From Eledone cirrhosa (Eukaryota), in the NCBI GenBank assembly GCA_964016885.1, contig OZ024741.1, positions 150,288,001-150,352,000 of the forward strand: a DNA stretch of 64,000 nt, read 5' to 3'. Positions within the stretch are counted from its first letter, which is position 1; every line of letters starts with the position of its first letter. The notes below the pieces were generated by a model. It made no database searches. It worked only from the letters and a program-made list of their open reading frames with translations, and was not told the origin of the DNA. The position numbers and the translations under genes were made by a program. Of this stretch, positions 55,801 to 64,000 are shown in pieces.

Positions 55801-58800
55801 AAAGGTGACGTGGTTGCCTTAACACCGTATGGCATAAATTCAGGCTGTTCAGTTTGTTTACAAACGAACAAAGCGACGTTATAATAAGCGCCGCTAAACT
55901 GATACGTGCATATATGTATGTGTACCTGTATGCATATGTATGTATATATGTATATATATATATATATATGTGCATGCTACTGTACGTCTGTATACATATA
56001 TGTATGTACGTATACATGCATACTTACATTTAAGTAAGTGCCATACTAAGAGTGAGAAATGAAATTTCGTTTTCATTTTGTTTCAATTTATCGTTTTCGG
56101 TATGCCTGACCGATTTAACTCACTCAATATGCAAATTAGGCTGCTCAGCCGTTAATTTTCATAAGGAAAGTATATACTTTCGAACGTTCAACTATCTGGC
56201 AGATGGGTAAACGGTGCTGATGATAGCTAACAAGCTTGAAACTAGTACATCGTTCCTGTGTCAGTGTTGAACAAAAAGGTGACGTGGTTGCCTTAACACC
56301 GTATGGCATAAATTCAGGCTGTTCAGTTTGTTTACAAACGAACAAAGCGACGTTATAATAAGCGCCGCTAAACTGATACGTGCATATATGTATGTGTACC
56401 TGTATGCATATGTATGTATATATGTATATATATATATATATATGTGCATGCTACTGTACGTCTGTATACATATATGTATGTACGTATACATGCATACTTA
56501 CATTTAAGTAAGTGCCATACTAAGAGTGAGAAATGAAATTTCGTTTTCATTTTGTTTCAATTTATCGTTTTCGGTATGCCTGACCGATTTAACTCACTCA
56601 ATATGCAAATTAGGCTGCTCAGCCGTTAATTTTCATAAGGAAAGTATATACTTTCGAACGTTCAACTATCTGGCAGATGGGTAAACGGTGCTGATGATAG
56701 CTAACAAGCTTGAAACTAGTACATCGTTCCTGTGTCAGTGTTGAACAAAAAGGTGACGTGGTTGCCTTAACACCGTATGGCATAAATTCAGGCTGTTCAG
56801 TTTGTTTACAAACGAACAAAGCGACGTTATAATAAGCGCCGCTAAACTGATACGTGCATATATGTATGTGTACCTGTATGCATATGTATGTATATATGTA
56901 TATATATATATATATATATGTGCATGCTACTGTACGTCTGTATACATATATGTATGTACGTATACATGCATACTTACATTTAAGTAAGTGCCATACTAAG
57001 AGTGAGAAATGAAATTTCGTTTTCATTTTGTTTCAATTTATCGTTTTCGGTATGCCTGACCGATTTAACTCACTCAATATGCAAATTAGGCTGCTCAGCC
57101 GTTAATTTTCATAAGGAAAGTATATACTTTCGAACGTTCAACTATCTGGCAGATGGGTAAACGGTGCTGATGATAGCTAACAAGCTTGAAACTAGTACAT
57201 CGTTCCTGTGTCAGTGTTGAACAAAAAGGTGACGTGGTTGCCTTAACACCGTATGGCATAAATTCAGGCTGTTCAGTTTGTTTACAAACGAACAAAGCGA
57301 CGTTATAATAAGCGCCGCTAAACTGATACGTGCATATATGTATGTGTACCTGTATGCATATGTATGTATATATGTATATATATATATATATATGTGCATG
57401 CTACTGTACGTCTGTATACATATATGTATGTACGTATACATGCATACTTACATTTAAGTAAGTGCCATACTAAGAGTGAGAAATGAAATTTCGTTTTCAT
57501 TTTGTTTCAATTTATCGTTTTCGGTATGCCTGACCGATTTAACTCACTCAATATGCAAATTAGGCTGCTCAGCCGTTAATTTTCATAAGGAAAGTATATA
57601 CTTTCGAACGTTCAACTATCTGGCAGATGGGTAAACGGTGCTGATGATAGCTAACAAGCTTGAAACTAGTACATCGTTCCTGTGTCAGTGTTGAACAAAA
57701 AGGTGACGTGGTTGCCTTAACACCGTATGGCATAAATTCAGGCTGTTCAGTTTGTTTACAAACGAACAAAGCGACGTTATAATAAGCGCCGCTAAACTGA
57801 TACGTGCATATATGTATGTGTACCTGTATGCATATGTATGTATATATGTATATATATATATATATATGTGCATGCTACTGTACGTCTGTATACATATATG
57901 TATGTACGTATACATGCATACTTACATTTAAGTAAGTGCCATACTAAGAGTGAGAAATGAAATTTCGTTTTCATTTTGTTTCAATTTATCGTTTTCGGTA
58001 TGCCTGACCGATTTAACTCACTCAATATGCAAATTAGGCTGCTCAGCCGTTAATTTTCATAAGGAAAGTATATACTTTCGAACGTTCAACTATCTGGCAG
58101 ATGGGTAAACGGTGCTGATGATAGCTAACAAGCTTGAAACTAGTACATCGTTCCTGTGTCAGTGTTGAACAAAAAGGTGACGTGGTTGCCTTAACACCGT
58201 ATGGCATAAATTCAGGCTGTTCAGTTTGTTTACAAACGAACAAAGCGACGTTATAATAAGCGCCGCTAAACTGATACGTGCATATATGTATGTGTACCTG
58301 TATGCATATGTATGTATATATGTATATATATATATATATATGTGCATGCTACTGTACGTCTGTATACATATATGTATGTACGTATACATGCATACTTACA
58401 TTTAAGTAAGTGCCATACTAAGAGTGAGAAATGAAATTTCGTTTTCATTTTGTTTCAATTTATCGTTTTCGGTATGCCTGACCGATTTAACTCACTCAAT
58501 ATGCAAATTAGGCTGCTCAGCCGTTAATTTTCATAAGGAAAGTATATACTTTCGAACGTTCAACTATCTGGCAGATGGGTAAACGGTGCTGATGATAGCT
58601 AACAAGCTTGAAACTAGTACATCGTTCCTGTGTCAGTGTTGAACAAAAAGGTGACGTGGTTGCCTTAACACCGTATGGCATAAATTCAGGCTGTTCAGTT
58701 TGTTTACAAACGAACAAAGCGACGTTATAATAAGCGCCGCTAAACTGATACGTGCATATATGTATGTGTACCTGTATGCATATGTATGTATATATGTATA

Positions 58801-61800
58801 TATATATATATATATGTGCATGCTACTGTACGTCTGTATACATATATGTATGTACGTATACATGCATACTTACATTTAAGTAAGTGCCATACTAAGAGTG
58901 AGAAATGAAATTTCGTTTTCATTTTGTTTCAATTTATCGTTTTCGGTATGCCTGACCGATTTAACTCACTCAATATGCAAATTAGGCTGCTCAGCCGTTA
59001 ATTTTCATAAGGAAAGTATATACTTTCGAACGTTCAACTATCTGGCAGATGGGTAAACGGTGCTGATGATAGCTAACAAGCTTGAAACTAGTACATCGTT
59101 CCTGTGTCAGTGTTGAACAAAAAGGTGACGTGGTTGCCTTAACACCGTATGGCATAAATTCAGGCTGTTCAGTTTGTTTACAAACGAACAAAGCGACGTT
59201 ATAATAAGCGCCGCTAAACTGATACGTGCATATATGTATGTGTACCTGTATGCATATGTATGTATATATGTATATATATATATATATATGTGCATGCTAC
59301 TGTACGTCTGTATACATATATGTATGTACGTATACATGCATACTTACATTTAAGTAAGTGCCATACTAAGAGTGAGAAATGAAATTTCGTTTTCATTTTG
59401 TTTCAATTTATCGTTTTCGGTATGCCTGACCGATTTAACTCACTCAATATGCAAATTAGGCTGCTCAGCCGTTAATTTTCATAAGGAAAGTATATACTTT
59501 CGAACGTTCAACTATCTGGCAGATGGGTAAACGGTGCTGATGATAGCTAACAAGCTTGAAACTAGTACATCGTTCCTGTGTCAGTGTTGAACAAAAAGGT
59601 GACGTGGTTGCCTTAACACCGTATGGCATAAATTCAGGCTGTTCAGTTTGTTTACAAACGAACAAAGCGACGTTATAATAAGCGCCGCTAAACTGATACG
59701 TGCATATATGTATGTGTACCTGTATGCATATGTATGTATATATGTATATATATATATATATATATGTGCATGCTACTGTACGTCTGTATACATATATGTA
59801 TGTACGTATACATGCATACTTACATTTAAGTAAGTGCCATACTAAGAGTGAGAAATGAAATTTCGTTTTCATTTTGTTTCAATTTATCGTTTTCGGTATG
59901 CCTGACCGATTTAACTCACTCAATATGCAAATTAGGCTGCTCAGCCGTTAATTTTCATAAGGAAAGTATATACTTTCGAACGTTCAACTATCTGGCAGAT
60001 GGGTAAACGGTGCTGATGATAGCTAACAAGCTTGAAACTAGTACATCGTTCCTGTGTCAGTGTTGAACAAAAAGGTGACGTGGTTGCCTTAACACCGTAT
60101 GGCATAAATTCAGGCTGTTCAGTTTGTTTACAAACGAACAAAGCGACGTTATAATAAGCGCCGCTAAACTGATACGTGCATATATGTATGTGTACCTGTA
60201 TGCATATGTATGTATATATGTATATATATATATATATATGTGCATGCTACTGTACGTCTGTATACATATATGTATGTACGTATACATGCATACTTACATT
60301 TAAGTAAGTGCCATACTAAGAGTGAGAAATGAAATTTCGTTTTCATTTTGTTTCAATTTATCGTTTTCGGTATGCCTGACCGATTTAACTCACTCAATAT
60401 GCAAATTAGGCTGCTCAGCCGTTAATTTTCATAAGGAAAGTATATACTTTCGAACGTTCAACTATCTGGCAGATGGGTAAACGGTGCTGATGATAGCTAA
60501 CAAGCTTGAAACTAGTACATCGTTCCTGTGTCAGTGTTGAACAAAAAGGTGACGTGGTTGCCTTAACACCGTATGGCATAAATTCAGGCTGTTCAGTTTG
60601 TTTACAAACGAACAAAGCGACGTTATAATAAGCGCCGCTAAACTGATACGTGCATATATGTATGTGTACCTGTATGCATATGTATGTATATATGTATATA
60701 TATATATATATATATGTGCATGCTACTGTACGTCTGTATACATATATGTATGTACGTATACATGCATACTTACATTTAAGTAAGTGCCATACTAAGAGTG
60801 AGAAATGAAATTTCGTTTTCATTTTGTTTCAATTTATCGTTTTCGGTATGCCTGACCGATTTAACTCACTCAATATGCAAATTAGGCTGCTCAGCCGTTA
60901 ATTTTCATAAGGAAAGTATATACTTTCGAACGTTCAACTATCTGGCAGATGGGTAAACGGTGCTGATGATAGCTAACATGCTTGAAACTAGTACATCGTT
61001 CCTGTGTCAGTGTTGAACAAAAAGGTGACGTGGTTGCCTTAACACCGTATGGCATAAATTCAGGCTGTTCAGTTTGTTTACAAACGAACAAAGCGACGTT
61101 ATAATAAGCGCCGCTAAACTGATACGTGCATATATGTATGTGTACCTGTATGCATATGTATGTATATATGTATATATATATATATATATGTGCATGCTAC
61201 TGTACGTCTGTATACATATATGTATGTACGTATACATGCATACTTACATTTAAGTAAGTGCCATACTAAGAGTGAGAAATGAAATTTCGTTTTCATTTTG
61301 TTTCAATTTATCGTTTTCGGTATGCCTGACCGATTTAACTCACTCAATATGCAAATTAGGCTGCTCAGCCGTTAATTTTCATAAGGAAAGTATATACTTT
61401 CGAACGTTCAACTATCTGGCAGATGGGTAAACGGTGCTGATGATAGCTAACAAGCTTGAAACTAGTACATCGTTCCTGTGTCAGTGTTGAACAAAAAGGT
61501 GACGTGGTTGCCTTAACACCGTATGGCATAAATTCAGGCTGTTCAGTTTGTTTACAAACGAACAAAGCGACGTTATAATAAGCGCCGCTAAACTGATACG
61601 TGCATATATGTATGTGTACCTGTATGCATATGTATGTATATATGTATATATATATATATATATGTGCATGCTACTGTACGTCTGTATACATATATGTATG
61701 TACGTATACATGCATACTTACATTTAAGTAAGTGCCATACTAAGAGTGAGAAATGAAATTTCGTTTTCATTTTGTTTCAATTTATCGTTTTCGGTATGCC

Positions 61801-64000
61801 TGACCGATTTAACTCACTCAATATGCAAATTAGGCTGCTCAGCCGTTAATTTTCATAAGGAAAGTATATACTTTCGAACGTTCAACTATCTGGCAGATGG
61901 GTAAACGGTGCTGATGATAGCTAACAAGCTTGAAACTAGTACATCGTTCCTGTGTCAGTGTTGAACAAAAAGGTGACGTGGTTGCCTTAACACCGTATGG
62001 CATAAATTCAGGCTGTTCAGTTTGTTTACAAACGAACAAAGCGACGTTATAATAAGCGCCGCTAAACTGATACGTGCATATATGTATGTGTACCTGTATG
62101 CATATGTATGTATATATGTATATATATATATATATATGTGCATGCTACTGTACGTCTGTATACATATATGTATGTACGTATACATGCATACTTACATTTA
62201 AGTAAGTGCCATACTAAGAGTGAGAAATGAAATTTCGTTTTCATTTTGTTTCAATTTATCGTTTTCGGTATGCCTGACCGATTTAACTCACTCAATATGC
62301 AAATTAGGCTGCTCAGCCGTTAATTTTCATAAGGAAAGTATATACTTTCGAACGTTCAACTATCTGGCAGATGGGTAAACGGTGCTGATGATAGCTAACA
62401 AGCTTGAAACTAGTACATCGTTCCTGTGTCAGTGTTGAACAAAAAGGTGACGTGGTTGCCTTAACACCGTATGGCATAAATTCAGGCTGTTCAGTTTGTT
62501 TACAAACGAACAAAGCGACGTTATAATAAGCGCCGCTAAACTGATACGTGCATATATGTATGTGTACCTGTATGCATATGTATGTATATATGTATATATA
62601 TATATATATATGTGCATGCTACTGTACGTCTGTATACATATATGTATGTACGTATACATGCATACTTACATTTAAGTAAGTGCCATACTAAGAGTGAGAA
62701 ATGAAATTTCGTTTTCATTTTGTTTCAATTTATCGTTTTCGGTATGCCTGACCGATTTAACTCACTCAATATGCAAATTAGGCTGCTCAGCCGTTAATTT
62801 TCATAAGGAAAGTATATACTTTCGAACGTTCAACTATCTGGCAGATGGGTAAACGGTGCTGATGATAGCTAACAAGCTTGAAACTAGTACATCGTTCCTG
62901 TGTCAGTGTTGAACAAAAAGGTGACGTGGTTGCCTTAACACCGTATGGCATAAATTCAGGCTGTTCAGTTTGTTTACAAACGAACAAAGCGACGTTATAA
63001 TAAGCGCCGCTAAACTGATACGTGCATATATGTATGTGTACCTGTATGCATATGTATGTATATATGTATATATATATATATATATATATGTGCATGCTAC
63101 TGTACGTCTGTATACATATATGTATGTACGTATACATGCATACTTACATTTAAGTAAGTGCCATACTAAGAGTGAGAAATGAAATTTCGTTTTCATTTTG
63201 TTTCAATTTATCGTTTTCGGTATGCCTGACCGATTTAACTCACTCAATATGCAAATTAGGCTGCTCAGCCGTTAATTTTCATAAGGAAAGTATATACTTT
63301 CGAACGTTCAACTATCTGGCAGATGGGTAAACGGTGCTGATGATAGCTAACAAGCTTGAAACTAGTACATCGTTCCTGTGTCAGTGTTGAACAAAAAGGT
63401 GACGTGGTTGCCTTAACACCGTATGGCATAAATTCAGGCTGTTCAGTTTGTTTACAAACGAACAAAGCGACGTTATAATAAGCGCCGCTAAACTGATACG
63501 TGCATATATGTATGTGTACCTGTATGCATATGTATGTATATATGTATATATATATATATATATATGTGCATGCTACTGTACGTCTGTATACATATATGTA
63601 TGTACGTATACATGCATACTTACATTTAAGTAAGTGCCATACTAAGAGTGAGAAATGAAATTTCGTTTTCATTTTGTTTCAATTTATCGTTTTCGGTATG
63701 CCTGACCGATTTAACTCACTCAATATGCAAATTAGGCTGCTCAGCCGTTAATTTTCATAAGGAAAGTATATACTTTCGAACGTTCAACTATCTGGCAGAT
63801 GGGTAAACGGTGCTGATGATAGCTAACAAGCTTGAAACTAGTACATCGTTCCTGTGTCAGTGTTGAACAAAAAGGTGACGTGGTTGCCTTAACACCGTAT
63901 GGCATAAATTCAGGCTGTTCAGTTTGTTTACAAACGAACAAAGCGACGTTATAATAAGCGCCGCTAAACTGATACGTGCATATATGTATGTGTACCTGTA
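52871..64000. repeat. 474-bp tandem array (~23.5 units, runs off window) with one hammerhead per unit and a polarity switch at ~55262
   Basis: Near-identical units (474-478 bp, varying in an internal TA tract); 5 units with the ribozyme on -, then 19 ribozyme copies on +. Confidence 0.97.
55262..55306 (+). ncRNA. Type-I hammerhead ribozyme (representative; repeats every ~474 bp; first minus-strand copy 53182-53226)
   Basis: Stem I AACGGUG/CAUCGUU (7 bp), CUGAUGA, stem II AGCU/AGCU, GAAA, palindromic stem III ACUAGU, GUA cleavage after 55299. Confidence 0.82.

Noticed and set aside
52886-63941. Repeated 60-135 aa ORFs (MKTKFHF..., MFVCKQ...) as a tandem gene family
   Set aside because: They are by-products of the repeat, run through TA microsatellite, and shift frame with tract length
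52871-64000. CRISPR-like array, or tandem 5S/snRNA/tRNA genes
   Set aside because: No unique spacers, and I recognise no 5S, snRNA or tRNA sequence in the monomer

Overview
This is repeat-dense, AT-rich eukaryotic DNA with no convincing host gene; the SINE and microsatellite content suggests a cephalopod (octopus-like) genome, which is an inference. It holds two near-complete Tx1/L1-type LINE pseudogenes and a third ORF1 remnant, plus R4/Dong-like RLE retroelement fragments nested in (TTA)n. It also has tRNA-type SINEs, five copies of a ~600-bp RTE-related non-autonomous element, and a 3.24-kb tandem duplication. Several Penelope-like elements (PLEs) are present: one near full-length Naiad-like RT+GIY-YIG copy, several 3' fragments and solo inverted pLTRs. 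The main hidden signal is self-cleaving RNA. The 474-bp tandem repeat filling 52.9-64 kb, and its 492-bp relative at 7-8.5 and 10.3-11.8 kb, carries one minimal type-I hammerhead ribozyme per monomer. Both arrays have PLE-style inversions and a shared terminus abutting (TA)n, so they look like retrozyme or ribozyme-satellite arrays. At least six further unrelated hammerhead families are scattered through the window, some with core variants (C4, U3-A8). All folds were read by eye and none has been tested computationally or experimentally.
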